Under the pieces are notes generated by a model. That model did not search any database. It saw only the letters and a program-made list of their open reading frames with translations, and was not told the origin of the DNA. From IMG/VR virus record IMGVR_UViG_2718217789_000006: 64,000 nt of DNA. One strand, written 5' to 3'. The stretch comes from a virus (Duplodnaviria > Heunggongvirae > Uroviricota > Caudoviricetes). The position numbers and the translations under genes are program-made. Below, piece by piece: positions 47,954-60,286 of the stretch; the first letter of the stretch is position 1; every line of letters begins with the position of its first letter.

Positions 47954-48706
47954 ATGGCAACACCAAATCCCCTTGAGCCGGTAAAAGGTGCCGGTACCAC
48001 TCTGTGGGTTTACAACGGCAAGGGTGATGCTTATGCAAACCCGTTGTCAGACGATGACTGGCAGCGACTGGCTAAGGTGAAGGATCTGACGCCGGGCGAG
48101 ATGACGGCAGAACCCTACGATGATAACTACCTGGATGATGAAGACGCGGACTGGACCGCGACCGGGCAGGGGCAGAAGTCTGCAGGAGATACCAGTTTTA
48201 CGCTGGCCTGGAAACCGGGAGAAGAAGGTCAGAAAGGGCTTATAGGCTGGTTTGAAAGCGGGGATGTGCGGGCCTATAAAATCCGTTTCCCAAATGGCAC
48301 GGTGGATGTGTTCCGTGGCTGGGTCAGCAGTATCGGTAAGGCCGTGACGGCGAAAGAAGTGATCACCCGCACGGTGAAAGTCACTAACGTGGGCAAACCT
48401 TCCGTGGCGGAAGAACGCAGCGAAATTACGCCGGCCACTGCAATTAAGGTGACACCGACATCCGGTACGGTGGCAAAAGGGAAAACAACCACCCTGACGG
48501 TTTCTTTTGAGCCGGAAAGTGCAACCGACAAGACGTTCAGAGCGGTTTCCGCCGATCCGTCGAAAGCCACCATTAGTGTGAAAGATATGACAATTACGGT
48601 AAACGGCGTGGCGACAGGTAAGGTGCAGATCCCTGTGGTGAGCGGAAATGGTCAGTTCGCCGCAGTGGCTGAAGTCACCGTTACTGAAGCGGGCGCTGCA
48701 GGGTAA
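47954..48706 (+). CDS. V: Major tail tube protein V (identical to the prophage A copy)
   Basis: 250 aa, protein identical to 1645..2397. Confidence 0.95.
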   Translation: MATPNPLEPVKGAGTTLWVYNGKGDAYANPLSDDDWQRLAKVKDLTPGEMTAEPYDDNYLDDEDADWTATGQGQKSAGDTSFTLAWKPGEEGQKGLIGWFESGDVRAYKIRFPNGTVDVFRGWVSSIGKAVTAKEVITRTVKVTNVGKPSVAEERSEITPATAIKVTPTSGTVAKGKTTTLTVSFEPESATDKTFRAVSADPSKATISVKDMTITVNGVATGKVQIPVVSGNGQFAAVAEVTVTEAGAAG

Positions 48707-48719
48707 ACGGAGGTAATAC

Positions 48720-49142
48720 ATGTTTCTGAAAACAGAACAATTTGAATATAACGGTGTGTCCGTCACGCTTTCCGAATTGTCTGCGCTGCAGCGGTTTGAT
48801 TATATAAAGTTTGTTTCAGACGCAGAACAACAGGAGACAACGAAGCATGATGTCGTGCACATTAACCAGCGATATCTGGAAACGGCATCCCTGCTTGTGG
48901 CGATGTCGCTATGGCATTCCCATTCCCTCAAAGGCACTCTGGCCTCTCCGGAGACAGAGATGCAGCAGATCCGCCGTGAAGTGATGCTGGGATGGCCTGC
49001 TGATGCACTGAATCAGGCAACGAACCGGGTGCTTTATCTTTCAGGTATGCTGGATAACCGGCACGATGCCGATCCTGAACCAACCGGGAAAACAGAAGCG
49101 ACTGAGCCGGTAACATCAAAAAAGCATTCGAAGGCGAGCTGA
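48720..49142 (+). CDS. G: Tail assembly chaperone G
   Basis: 140 aa, near-identical to 2411..2833. Confidence 0.9.
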   Translation: MFLKTEQFEYNGVSVTLSELSALQRFDYIKFVSDAEQQETTKHDVVHINQRYLETASLLVAMSLWHSHSLKGTLASPETEMQQIRREVMLGWPADALNQATNRVLYLSGMLDNRHDADPEPTGKTEATEPVTSKKHSKAS

Positions 49143-49477
49143 ACTTTGTCCTGAAACTGGCGCGTGAGATGGGGAGAGCCGACTGGCGCGCCATGCTTGC
49201 CGGGATGACATCCACCGAATATGCCGACTGGCGACGTTTTTACTGCACGCATTATTTTCAGGATACCCAGCTGGATATGCATTTTTCCGGGCTGATGTAC
49301 GCCGTACTCAGCCTGTTTTTTTGCGATCCGGATATGCATCCGGCGGATTTCAGCCTGTTCGCTCCGGAGGCAGAGGAAGGACAGGCGGAGACGCCGGACG
49401 AAAATGATGTACTGATGCAGAAGGCGGCGGGCCTCGCCGGTGGAGTCCGTTTCGGGGAGGAGGGAAGGAGGTTGTGA
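48720..49477 (+). CDS. T: Tail assembly protein G-T via -1 frameshift at A_AAA_AAG (49118..49124)
   Basis: Same slippery heptamer and frame relationship as copy A; the T C-terminus diverges and is shorter than in copy A. Confidence 0.7.
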
Positions 49478-49520
49478 CAGTTATTGATGGTATCAGAGGA
49501 CATTTCAGGAGGTGACCACG

Positions 49521-52166
49521 ATGGCAGGTAATTTTGCCGATCTGACAGCCGTGCTGACACTGGATTCTGCCCGTTTTTCTGAAGAGGCAGCGCGGGTAAA
49601 AAAAGAGCTGGGTGAAACCAGTGCGCTTGCTGATTTGATGTCCGGGAAAGTCAGTCAGTCTTTCAGAAAACAGGCTGATGCTGCTGAGCAGAGTCTGAGC
49701 CGACAGGCGCTGGCGGCACAAAAAGCCGGGATATCAGTCGGACAGTATAAGGCTGCCATGCGCACACTGCCCGCACAGTTCACGGATATTGTCACTCAGC
49801 TTGCCGGTGGTCAGAATCCCTTCCTTATCATGCTGCAGCAGGGGGGGCAGATCAGCGATTCATTCGGTGGACCGCTCAGCCTGCTTACCCTGCTGAAGGA
49901 GGAACTTCTCGGGATCAGGGATGCCTCTGAATCATCAGAGGAGTCGCTGTCAGATACGGCAAATGCACTGGCTGAAAATGCCCGGAATGCCGGTGAGCTG
50001 GGACGATTTATGTCGGTGGCCCGTGTGGCGGCAGGTGGCGGGGTTGCCGTACTGGCCGCGCTTGCTGCCGCCGCCTGGCAGGCAGAGCAGGCTGACCGGG
50101 CCTTATTGCGTTCACTGATCCTGACCGGAGGGGCGGCTGCCACCACAACGGCAGAATTGTGGAAAATGGCCGGGGTGATCAGCGATGAAGCCGGTGGTGG
50201 TATCAGACAGGCGGCAGAAAATCTGGCCCGTCTGGCAGAAAGCGGGAAATATACCGCCGGGCAGCTACGGATCATGGGGGAAACCTCTCAGAGATGGCTG
50301 CAGACGGTGGGGGACGATGCCGGGAAGGTGGAAAAAGCCTTTGAAGGGATTGCAGCAGATCCGGTGAAGGCGCTGGCCTCCCTGAATCAGCAGTATAACT
50401 TCCTGAGCGTTTCCCAGTTACGCCATATTGATGAGCTTGAGCGCACGAAAGGTAAACAGGCTGCGGTGACGGAGGCGATGTCCCTGTTTGCGGATGTCAT
50501 GAATGCACGTCTGGAGCAACTTGATAAAGCGGCCACGCCGGTGGAAAAAATCTGGGACGATGTTAAAACCTGGACTTCTGACGCATGGGCATGGATAGGT
50601 GATCATACACTGGGGGCACTCAGTCTGATCACTGACGTGGTGGCCGGAACCGTTGAACAGGTGAAGCTGCTGCTTGTGCAGGGGGATCTGGCGCTGGCTG
50701 AATTTATTCAGTCAGCCTGGGAAACGACAAAGAATGTGCCCGGCGTTGGTGCGTTGTTTGGTGAACTGGCAGAAGAGAACCGCGTATTTATTGAGAAAAC
50801 AAAACGCGATGAACTGGCGCTGAGAAAATCCATTGCGGAACGGGATGCGCGTATACGCCAGGGGGAAATGGGGTACATCAACCGCTCGCGTGCAACAGGC
50901 GTCAGCAAAGGTCCTGGGCAGCAGGAAGCCGTCAGCCGTCTGGCTGAAGAGCTGACAGGTAAAAAGTATACATCACCGAAAACGCGCTCTGCCGGGGAGA
51001 GGGAAGAGGAGCAGGCAAGAGAGGCTCTGCTTGCCCTTGAAGCTGAGCTCAGGACGCTGGAAAAACACAGCGGTGCGAATGAGAAAATTAGCCGGCAGCG
51101 CCGTGATTTATGGAAGGCGGAAAGTCAGTATGCGGTCCTGAAAGAGGCTGCCACGAAACGGCAGTTATCCGGGCAGGAAAAATCCCTGCTGGCCCATGAG
51201 AAAGAGACGCTGGAGTACAAACGCCAGCTGGCTGAGCTGGGCGACAAGGTTGAATACCAGAAACGCCTGAATGAGCTGGCACAGCAGGCGGTGCGGTTTG
51301 AAGAGCAGCAGAGCGCGAAGCAGGCCGCCATCAGCGCAAAAGCCCGCGGTCTCACTGACCGTCAGGCGCAGCGGGAGTCTGAAGCGCAGCGTCTTCGGGA
51401 CGTGTACGGTGATAATCCGCAGGCGCTGGCCCGGGTCACCGGGGCACTGAAACAGACATGGGCGGATGAAGACATGCTGCGCGGTGACTGGCTGGCCGGG
51501 CTGAAGTCCGGCTGGGGGGAGTGGGCGGAAAGTGCGACGGACAGTTTTTCGCAGGTTAAAAGTGCTGCCACGCAGACCTTTGACGGTATTGCACAGAATA
51601 TGGCGGCGATGCTGACCGGTGCAGAGGCAGACTGGCGGGGATTCACCCGTTCGGTGCTGTCCATGATGACAGAAATCCTGCTTAAACAGGCCATGGTGGG
51701 CATTGTCGGGCGTATCGGCAGCGCCATTGGCGGTGCTTTCGGTGGTGGTGCATCTGCTTCCTCGGGGACGGCCATTGAGGCTGCGGCGGCGAACTTCCAT
51801 TTCGCGACCGGAGGATTTACGGGGACGGGCGGCAAATATGAGCCTGCGGGGATAGTTCACCGCGGGGAGTTTGTTTTCACGAAAGAGGCAACCAGCCGGA
51901 TAGGTGTGGGGAATCTTTACCGTCTGATGCGCGGCTATGCGGAAGGTGGTTATGTGGGTGGTGCCGGAAGTCCGGCGCAGATGCGGCGGGCGGAAGGTAT
52001 TAATTTTAATCAGAACAATCACGTGGTGATTCAGAACGACGGTATCAACGGACAGGCGGGGCCGCAGCTGATGAAGGCGGTGTATGACATGGCCCGCAAG
52101 GGGGCGCAGGATGAGCTCCGGCTGCAGTTGCGTGATGGCGGTATGTTATCAGGGAGCGGGCGATGA
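49521..52166 (+). CDS. H: Tail tape measure protein H
   Basis: ATG 49521 with AGGAGGTG RBS; N-terminal ~60 aa differ from copy A, remainder near-identical. Confidence 0.9.
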   Translation: MAGNFADLTAVLTLDSARFSEEAARVKKELGETSALADLMSGKVSQSFRKQADAAEQSLSRQALAAQKAGISVGQYKAAMRTLPAQFTDIVTQLAGGQNPFLIMLQQGGQISDSFGGPLSLLTLLKEELLGIRDASESSEESLSDTANALAENARNAGELGRFMSVARVAAGGGVAVLAALAAAAWQAEQADRALLRSLILTGGAAATTTAELWKMAGVISDEAGGGIRQAAENLARLAESGKYTAGQLRIMGETSQRWLQTVGDDAGKVEKAFEGIAADPVKALASLNQQYNFLSVSQLRHIDELERTKGKQAAVTEAMSLFADVMNARLEQLDKAATPVEKIWDDVKTWTSDAWAWIGDHTLGALSLITDVVAGTVEQVKLLLVQGDLALAEFIQSAWETTKNVPGVGALFGELAEENRVFIEKTKRDELALRKSIAERDARIRQGEMGYINRSRATGVSKGPGQQEAVSRLAEELTGKKYTSPKTRSAGEREEEQAREALLALEAELRTLEKHSGANEKISRQRRDLWKAESQYAVLKEAATKRQLSGQEKSLLAHEKETLEYKRQLAELGDKVEYQKRLNELAQQAVRFEEQQSAKQAAISAKARGLTDRQAQRESEAQRLRDVYGDNPQALARVTGALKQTWADEDMLRGDWLAGLKSGWGEWAESATDSFSQVKSAATQTFDGIAQNMAAMLTGAEADWRGFTRSVLSMMTEILLKQAMVGIVGRIGSAIGGAFGGGASASSGTAIEAAAANFHFATGGFTGTGGKYEPAGIVHRGEFVFTKEATSRIGVGNLYRLMRGYAEGGYVGGAGSPAQMRRAEGINFNQNNHVVIQNDGINGQAGPQLMKAVYDMARKGAQDELRLQLRDGGMLSGSGR

Positions 52167-52492
52167 AAACATTTCGCTGGAAAGTGAAGCCGGATATGGA
52201 GGTGAACTCGCAGCCATCGGTGCGTGAAGTGCGTTTTGGTGACGGGTACTCACAGCGTATGGCGGCAGGGCTGAATGCTGACCTGAAAACATACCGTGTG
52301 ACGCTTTCCGTGACCCGGGAGGAGGCCCGGCATCTGGAAGCGTTCCTGGCAGAGCACGGAGGCTGGAAGGCATTTTTGTGGAAGCCACCCTATGCATACC
52401 GGCAGATAAAGGTGACCTGTGCCGGGTGGTCTGCGCGGGTCGGGATGTTGCGCGTTGAGTTCAGCGCGGAGTTTAAGCAGGTGGTGAACTGA
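52163..52492 (+). CDS. M: Minor tail protein M
   Basis: Identical protein to 5863..6192. Confidence 0.9.
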   Translation: MKTFRWKVKPDMEVNSQPSVREVRFGDGYSQRMAAGLNADLKTYRVTLSVTREEARHLEAFLAEHGGWKAFLWKPPYAYRQIKVTCAGWSARVGMLRVEFSAEFKQVVN

Positions 52493-53190
52493 TGCAGGAT
52501 ATTCACGGGGAAAGCCTGATCGAGTCGGTTAAATCAGAGCAGTCACCGCGGGTGGTGCTCTGGGAAATCGACCTGACGGTGCAGGGTGGTGAGCGGTATT
52601 TTTTCTGCAATGAGCTGAATGAAAAAGGGGAGGCGGTTACCTGGCAGGGGCGGGAATATCAGGCATACCCGATTGACGGCAGCGGTTTTGAGATGAACGG
52701 GAAGGGCAGCAGTGCCCGCCCGTCGCTGACGGTGTCGAATCTGTTCGGTCTGGTCACCGGAATGGCGGAGGACCTGCAGAGCCTGGTGGGGGCCACGGTG
52801 GTCCGCCGCCGGGTGTATGCCCGTTTTCTGGATGCGGTGAATTTTGTGGCGGGCAATCCGGAAGCGGACCCGGAGCAGGAGCTGAGCGACCGCTGGGTGG
52901 TGGAGCAGATGTCAGAGCTGACGGCCATGACAGCCTCGTTTGTGCTGGCAACACCGACGGAGACGGACGGAGCGCTGTTTCCCGGTCGCATTATGCTGGC
53001 GAATACCTGTATGTGGGATTACCGGGGAGATGAATGCGGGTATAACGGTCCTGCGGTGGCGGATGAGTTCGACAACCCCACCACGGATATCCGTAAGGAC
53101 AGATGCAGCAAGTGCATGCGCGGGTGTGAGATGCGCGGCATGGTGGCTAATTTTGGCGGTTTCCTTTCCATCAATAAACTTTCGCAGTAA
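52492..53190 (+). CDS. L: Minor tail protein L
   Basis: Identical protein to 6192..6890. Confidence 0.9.
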   Translation: MQDIHGESLIESVKSEQSPRVVLWEIDLTVQGGERYFFCNELNEKGEAVTWQGREYQAYPIDGSGFEMNGKGSSARPSLTVSNLFGLVTGMAEDLQSLVGATVVRRRVYARFLDAVNFVAGNPEADPEQELSDRWVVEQMSELTAMTASFVLATPTETDGALFPGRIMLANTCMWDYRGDECGYNGPAVADEFDNPTTDIRKDRCSKCMRGCEMRGMVANFGGFLSINKLSQ

Positions 53191-53200
53191 ATCCTGTTTT

Positions 53201-53944
53201 ATGACACAGACTGAATCAGCGATTCTGGTGCATGCCCGGCGGTGTGCGCCTGCGGAGTCGTGCGGCTTCGTGATAGGCACCCCGGAGGGCGAACGGTACC
53301 AGCCCTGCGTGAATATCTCCGCAGAGCCGGAGGCGTATTTTCGTATTGCGCCGGAAGACTGGCTGCAGGCAGAGATGCAGGGGGAGATTGTGGCGCTGGT
53401 TCACAGCCACCCTGGTGGTCTGCCCTGGCTGAGCGAGGCCGACCGGCGGCTGCAGATAAAGAGTGCCCTGCCCTGGTGGCTGGTCTGCCGGGGGGAAATT
53501 CATAAATTCCGCTGTGTGCCGCACCTGACCGGGCGTCGTTTTGAGCACGGGGTGACGGACTGTTACACCCTGTTCCGGGATGCATACCATCTGGCGGGGA
53601 TAACGCTGCCGGATTTTGAGCGTGAGGATGACTGGTGGCGCAACGGTCAGAACCTTTACCTGGACAATATGGCGGCGACTGGTTTTTACCGGGTGCCCCT
53701 GTCCTCTGCACAGGCGGGCGATATCCTGCTGTGCTGCTTTGGCGCATCGGTGGCCAATCATGCCGCCATATACTGCGGCAACGGTGAACTGCTTCACCAT
53801 CTGCCTGAACAACTGAGTAAACGGGAGAGGTATTCTGAAAAATGGCAACGACGAACGCATTCTGTCTGGCGTCACCGCCACTGGCACGCATCTGCCTTCA
53901 CGGGGATTTGCAACGATTTGGCCGCCGCCTCAGCCTGTACGTGA
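53201..53944 (+). CDS. K: Tail assembly protein K
   Basis: Identical to 6901..7644. Confidence 0.9.
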   Translation: MTQTESAILVHARRCAPAESCGFVIGTPEGERYQPCVNISAEPEAYFRIAPEDWLQAEMQGEIVALVHSHPGGLPWLSEADRRLQIKSALPWWLVCRGEIHKFRCVPHLTGRRFEHGVTDCYTLFRDAYHLAGITLPDFEREDDWWRNGQNLYLDNMAATGFYRVPLSSAQAGDILLCCFGASVANHAAIYCGNGELLHHLPEQLSKRERYSEKWQRRTHSVWRHRHWHASAFTGICNDLAAASACT

Positions 53945-54519
53945 ACACGGCAGCGGAAGCCATCCGTGCCCTGTCGCTGCAGATGCCGGGATTCCGCCGT
54001 CAGATGAACGAAGGCTGGTACCAGATACGTATTCGCGGTGAGGACACGGCACCGGAGGCGGTGTACGCCCGTCTTCACGAACCTCTGGGTGAGGGGGCGG
54101 TCATCCATATTGTGCCGCGACTGGCCGGAGCCGGAAAGGGCGGACTGCAGATTGTGCTGGGGGCAGCAGCCATCGTGGGCTCTTTCTTCACCGCCGGCGC
54201 AACGATGGCGTTGTGGGGCGCAGCCCTGAGTGCCGGAGGGCTGACTGCCACCACGATGCTGTTCTCACTGGGTGCCAGCATGATACTGGGCGGTGTGGCC
54301 CAGATGCTGGCACCGAAGGCAAAAACACCGGAGTACAGGGCGACGGATAACGGTAAACAGAACACGTATTTTTCGTCACTGGATAACATGATTGCCCAGG
54401 GGAACCCGATGCCGGTGCCTTATGGTGAAATGCTGGTTGGTTCACGACGGATATCCCAGGACATCAGCACCCGTGATGAGGGCGGAGACGGGAAAGTGGT
54501 GGTTATCGGGCGGGGATGA
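53842..54519 (+). CDS. I: Tail assembly protein I
   Basis: Identical to 7542..8219. Confidence 0.85.
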   Translation: MATTNAFCLASPPLARICLHGDLQRFGRRLSLYVNTAAEAIRALSLQMPGFRRQMNEGWYQIRIRGEDTAPEAVYARLHEPLGEGAVIHIVPRLAGAGKGGLQIVLGAAAIVGSFFTAGATMALWGAALSAGGLTATTMLFSLGASMILGGVAQMLAPKAKTPEYRATDNGKQNTYFSSLDNMIAQGNPMPVPYGEMLVGSRRISQDISTRDEGGDGKVVVIGRG

Positions 54520-54759
54520 AAATAAAAAAATCCCGCAGAGTTAGCGGAGCTGCGGGAGAGAACGATGAAGATTAACGTTATGGAGTTATTTTTCAGGCAT
54601 CAAAAAAGTAATGCAGCGTCATTATTGCGGCTACAGGCAATTGCCGGAAATGTGAAGAGTTTCAGAAATTTTATTCCGTCATGACACAGGCACCCTCCGG
54701 GGTGCCTGTTGTTTTCTGGCATAAACAGATTCAGACATCAGACAGGAGAGGGGGACAGA

Positions 54760-57700
54760 GTGGGTAAAGGGGGCGGCAAGGGGCACACGCCGGTAGAGGC
54801 AAAGGACAATCTTAAGTCCACGCAGATGATGAGCGTGATTGACGCCATTGGTGAAGGGCCGATTGAAGGTCCGGTGAAGGGGCTGCAGAGTATTCTGGTG
54901 AACAAAACCCCACTGACGGACACGGACGGCAATCCCGTGATACATGGTGTGACAGCGGTCTGGCGCGCCGGGGAGCAGGAGCAGACACCACCTGAAGGCT
55001 TTGAGTCCTCCGGGGCGGAAACCGCACTGGGCGTGGAAGTGACGAAGGCAAAGCCGGTGACGCGCACCATTACGTCCGCGAACATTGACCGCCTGCGGGT
55101 CACCTTCGGGGTGCAGTCACTGTTGGAGACCACCTCAAAGGGCGACCGTAATCACTCTTCTGTCCGACTGCTGATTCAGTTGCAGCGTAACGGTAACTGG
55201 GTGACGGAAAAGGATGTCACCATTAACGGCAAGACCACCTCGCAGTTTCTGGCGTCGGTGATTCTGGATAATCTGCCTGAGCGGCCCTTTAACATCCGGA
55301 TGGTCCGGGAGACAGCGGACAGCACCTCGGACCAGCTGCAGAATAAGACGCTCTGGTCGTCATACACCGAAATCATCGATGTGAAACAGTGCTACCCGAA
55401 CACGGCGATTGTGGGGCTGCAGGTGGATGCGGAGCAGTTTGGCGGTCAGCAGATGACGGTGAACTACCATATCCGCGGTCGCATCATCCAGGTACCGTCA
55501 AACTATGACCCGGAAAAACGCACGTACAGCGGCATCTGGGACGGCAGCCTGAAACCGGCATACAGCAACAACCCTGCCTGGTGCCTGTGGGACATGCTGA
55601 CCCACCCGCGCTACGGAATGGGAAAACGCCTGGGGGCGGCGGATGTGGACAAGTGGGCGCTGTATGCCATTGCGCAGTACTGCGACCAGACGGTCCCGGA
55701 TGGTTTCGGGGGCACAGAGCCGCGGATGACTTTCAATGCGTACCTGTCACAACAGCGTAAGGCGTGGGACGTTCTCAGTGATTTCTGCTCGGCGATGCGC
55801 TGTATGCCGGTATGGAACGGGCAGACGCTGACGTTTGTGCAGGACCGTCCGTCAGATGTGGTGTGGCCCTACACCAGCAGTGATGTGGTGGTGGATGATA
55901 ACGGCGTGGGGTTTCGCTACAGCTTCAGCGCCCTGAAGGACCGCCACACGGCGGTGGAGGTGAATTACACCGACCCGCAGAACGGCTGGCAGACCTCCAC
56001 GGAACTGGTGGAAGACCCGGAAGCCATACTGCGCTACGGACGCAACCTGCTGAAGATGGATGCGTTCGGCTGCACCAGTCGCGGTCAGGCCCACCGTGCC
56101 GGGCTGTGGGTGATAAAGACCGGACTGCTGGAAACGCAGACGGTGGATTTCACGCTCGGGTCACAGGGGCTGCGTCACACACCCGGTGACATTATTGAAA
56201 TCTGTGATAACGACTATGCCGGGACCATGACCGGCGGACGTATCCTGTCCATCGATGCCGCCAGCCGCACCCTGACACTGGACCGTGAGGTGACCCTGCC
56301 GGAGACCGGTGCCGCCACGGTGAACCTGATTAACGGCAGCGGTAAGCCGGTGAGCGTGGCCATCACTGCACACCCCGCGCCGGACCGGATACAGGTCAGC
56401 ACCCTGCCTGATGGCGTGGAGACATACGGTGTGTGGGGGCTCTCCCTGCCGTCACTGCGCCGTCGCCTGTTCCGCTGTGTCTCCGTCCGGGAAAACACGG
56501 ACGGCACCTTTGCCATCACGGCGGTGCAGCACGTACCGGAAAAAGAAGCCATCGTGGATAACGGGGCGCACTTTGACGGCGACCAGAGCGGCACCCTGAA
56601 CAGCGTCATCCCTCCGGCAGTGCAGCACCTGACGGTGGAGGTGAGTGCAGCTGACAGCCAGTATCTGGCGCAGGCGAAATGGGACACGCCGCGGGTGGTG
56701 AAGGGCGTGCGCTTCAGTCTGCGCCTGACCAGTGGAAGCGGTCAGGACAGCCGTCTGGTGACCACCGCCATCACTGCGGATACAGAGCATCGTTTCAGTG
56801 GTCTGCCGCTCGGGGAATACACCCTGACAGTCAGGGCAATTAACAGTTATGGCCAGCAGGGGGAACCGGCCATCACCACCTTCCGGATTAACGCGCCAGC
56901 AAAACCCGCCACCATTGAACTGACGCCGGGGTATTTTCAGATAACGGCGGTACCGGTGCTGGCGGTGTATGACCCGACGGTGCAGTTTGAGTTCTGGTTT
57001 TCGGAAAAAACGCATCACGAACACGGCACAGGTGGAAAAATCTGCCCGTTATCTGGGGAGCGGCAGTCAGTGGACTGTCCAGGGAAGCCGGATTAAGCCG
57101 GGGACGGATTTCTGGTTTTACGTGCGCAGCGTCAACCTGGTGGGGAAATCTGCGTTTGTGGAAGTCAGCGGGCAGCCCAGCAATGATGGTGAAGGGTATC
57201 TGGAATTTTTCCGGGAAAAAATAGGAAAACTGCATCTGGCTCAGGGGCTATGGGAGCTGATAGACAACAGCCAGCTTGCGGATGAGATGGCGGAGATGAA
57301 GACCACCATCACGGAAACCCGCAATGAAATCACACAGACGGTCAGTAAAACGCTGGAGAACCAGAGCGCCACTATACAGCAGATACAGCGCGTGCAGAAG
57401 GACACAAATGATGACCTGGCTGCGCTGTACATGCTGAAGGTTCAAAAAACGAAAGACGGCATTCCCTATGTGGCCGGGATTGGTGCAGGGATTGAGGATA
57501 CTGATGGCCAGCCACTGAGCAACATACTGCTGCTGGCTGACCGTATCGCGATGATAAATCCGGAGAGCGGCAACAGCACGCCGTTATTTGTGGCGCAGGG
57601 GAATCAGCTGTTCATGAACGACGTGTTCCTGAAGCGACTGTTTGCGGTGAGTATCACCTCGTCCGGCAATCCCCCGACGTTTTCCCTGACGCCGGACGGG

Positions 57701-58240
57701 CGACTGACGGCGAAAAATGCGGATATCAGTGGCAGTGTGAATGCGAACTCAGGGACGCTCAACAACGTCACGATTAATGAGAACTGTCAGATTAAGGGGA
57801 AACTGTCAGCCAACCAGATTGAAGGCGATATTGTCAAAACGGTCAGCAAGTCTTTCCCCCGCACGAGCACTTATGCCAGTGGCACCATCACGGTAAGAAT
57901 CAGTGATGATCAGAAGTTTGACCGGCAGGTCATGATACCGCCAGTGTTATTCCGCGGTGGTAAGCATGAGAATTTCAACAGTAATAACCAACAGTCATAC
58001 TGGTATTCAACCTGCCGGTTAAGAGTGACCCGCAATGGTCAGGAGATTTTTAATCAGTCCACGACGGATGCTCAGGGCGTATTTTCCTCAGTTATAGATA
58101 TGCCTGCCGGACAGGGGACGCTGACACTGACATTCACCGTATCTTCATCAGGAGCGAATAACTGGACACCAACAACCAGTATCAGCGATCTGCTGGTTGT
58201 GGTGATGAAAAAATCCACAGCAGGTATCAGTATCAGCTGA
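54760..58240 (+). pseudogene. J: Tail tip protein J disrupted by a +1 frameshift in a poly-A tract
   Basis: Co-linear with 8460..11939, but the A5 run at 10705..10709 is A6 at 57005..57010; the N-terminal reading frame stops at 57096 and the C-terminal part continues in another frame to 58240. Confidence 0.8.
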
Positions 58241-58307
58241 ATTTTATAACCCATATACGGGCGCCAGAAATGGCGCCTTTTTTATTGCAGAAAAGCGAGA
58301 GGTAATT

Positions 58308-58907
58308 ATGCGTAAACTTTATGCCGCCATTTTGTCCGCAGCCATCTGTCTGGCCGTATCCGGCGCGCCTGCATGGGCGTCTGAGCAGCAGGCCACGCTG
58401 AGCGCGGGGTATCTTCATGCCCGGACGAGCGCTCCCGGTAGCGATAATCTTAACGGGATTAACGTGAAATACCGTTATGAGTTTACGGACACACTGGGGA
58501 TGGTGACGTCATTCAGCTATGCAGGAGACAGGAATCGCCAGCTTACCCGTTACAGCGATACCCGCTGGCATGAAGATTCCGTGCGTAACCGCTGGTTCAG
58601 CGTGATGGCGGGGCCCTCTGTGCGCGTGAATGAATGGTTCAGCGCGTATGCGATGGCGGGTGTGGCTTACAGCCGTGTGTCGACTTTCTCCGGGGATTAT
58701 CTCCGCGTAACTGACAACAAGGGGAAAACGCATGATGTGCTGACCGGAAGTGATGACGGTCGCCACAGCAACACGTCTCTGGCGTGGGGAGCTGGCGTGC
58801 AGTTTAACCCGACCGAATCCGTGGCCATTGATATTGCTTATGAAGGCTCCGGCAGTGGCGACTGGCGCACTGACGGCTTCATCGTGGGTGTCGGCTATAA
58901 ATTCTGA
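58308..58907 (+). CDS. lom: Outer membrane protein Lom
   Basis: Identical protein to 12007..12606. Confidence 0.9.
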   Translation: MRKLYAAILSAAICLAVSGAPAWASEQQATLSAGYLHARTSAPGSDNLNGINVKYRYEFTDTLGMVTSFSYAGDRNRQLTRYSDTRWHEDSVRNRWFSVMAGPSVRVNEWFSAYAMAGVAYSRVSTFSGDYLRVTDNKGKTHDVLTGSDDGRHSNTSLAWGAGVQFNPTESVAIDIAYEGSGSGDWRTDGFIVGVGYKF

Positions 58908-58971
58908 TTAGCCAGGTAACACAGTGTTATGACAGCCCGCCGGTTCAGGCGGGCTTTTTTGTGGGGTGAAT

Positions 58972-60285
58972 ATGGCAGTAAAGATTTCAGGTGTACTGAA
59001 AGACGGCACAGGAAAACCGGTAGAGAACTGCACCATTCAACTGAAAGCCAGACGGACCAGCAGCACGGTGGTGGTGAACACGGTGGCCTCTGAAAATCCG
59101 GATGAAGCCGGTCGTTACAGCATGGACGTTGAGTACGGTCAGTACAGCGTCATTCTGTTGGTGGAAGGATTCCCGCCGTCACATGCCGGGACTATCACCG
59201 TGTATGAAGATTCTCAACCCGGTACGCTGAATGATTTTCTCGGTGCCATGTCGGAGGATGACGTCCGGCCGGAGGCACTGCGTCGTTTTGAACTGATGGT
59301 GGAAGAAGCGGCGCGTCACGCTGAGGAGGCGAAGAAGAATGCCGGAGAGGCGGAGACGTCCGCGAGGAATGCCGGCATATCAGCCAGTCAGGCAGAAGAG
59401 AGCGCGGCAAATGCTGACACTTCAGCAGGGGATGCATCGGAGTCAGCCCGGCAGGCGGCAGAAAGTGCAGCCGCTGCAAAGCAGTCAGAGGAGGCGTCCT
59501 CGTCCTCGGCCTCTGCGGCCGCTCAAAAAGCCAGTGAGTCATCACAAAGTGCAGCAGATGCTGAGTTGTCAAAAAAGACGGCAGAAAGTGCAGCCGGTAA
59601 TGCAGCCAGGGATGCAACGACCGCAACAGAAAAAGCCCGGGAGTCAGCAGAAAGCGCACAGTCAGCGGAACAAAGCAGGATAGCGGCGGAAGAGGCCGTA
59701 AACCGAATCCCCACGGTGGTGGGGCCTCCCGGGCCAAAGGGGGAACCGGGTCCCGCGGGTCCTCAGGGGCCGAAGGGAGATAAAGGAGAGCGTGGAGACA
59801 CCGGCCCGGCAGGGGCAACCGGTGAAAGGGGACCGGCAGGTGATGCTGGTCCGGCAGGCCCGCAGGGGCCGAAAGGTGACAGGGGAGGGCGGGGAGAGAC
59901 CGGTCTGACGGGAAATGCAGGTCCACAGGGTCCAAAGGGAGATACCGGTGCGGCAGGCCCGGCAGGCCCACAGGGACCGAAAGGAGAAACAGGTGCGGCT
60001 GGCCCGGTGGGGGCAACCGGACCTCAGGGGCCGAAGGGCGACCCGGGGGAGACGCAAATACGGTTCCGTCTGGGGCCGGGAAACATTATTGAGACAAACA
60101 GCCATGGCTGGTTCCCGGATACAGATGGCGCACTCATCACCGGACTGACCTTTCTTGACCCCAAAGATGCCACACGGGTTCAGGGTTTTTTTCAGCATTT
60201 GCAGGTCAGGTTTGGTGACGGGCCGTGGCAGGATGTTAAGGGGCTGGATGAAGTGGGCAGTGATACAGGCAGAACAGGAGAATGA
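58972..60285 (+). CDS. stf: Side tail fibre protein with collagen-like repeats (30 aa longer than copy A)
   Basis: Same N- and C-termini as 12671..13894 with an extra block of Gly-X-Y triplets. Confidence 0.85.
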   Translation: MAVKISGVLKDGTGKPVENCTIQLKARRTSSTVVVNTVASENPDEAGRYSMDVEYGQYSVILLVEGFPPSHAGTITVYEDSQPGTLNDFLGAMSEDDVRPEALRRFELMVEEAARHAEEAKKNAGEAETSARNAGISASQAEESAANADTSAGDASESARQAAESAAAAKQSEEASSSSASAAAQKASESSQSAADAELSKKTAESAAGNAARDATTATEKARESAESAQSAEQSRIAAEEAVNRIPTVVGPPGPKGEPGPAGPQGPKGDKGERGDTGPAGATGERGPAGDAGPAGPQGPKGDRGGRGETGLTGNAGPQGPKGDTGAAGPAGPQGPKGETGAAGPVGATGPQGPKGDPGETQIRFRLGPGNIIETNSHGWFPDTDGALITGLTFLDPKDATRVQGFFQHLQVRFGDGPWQDVKGLDEVGSDTGRTGE

Positions 60286-60286
60286 C

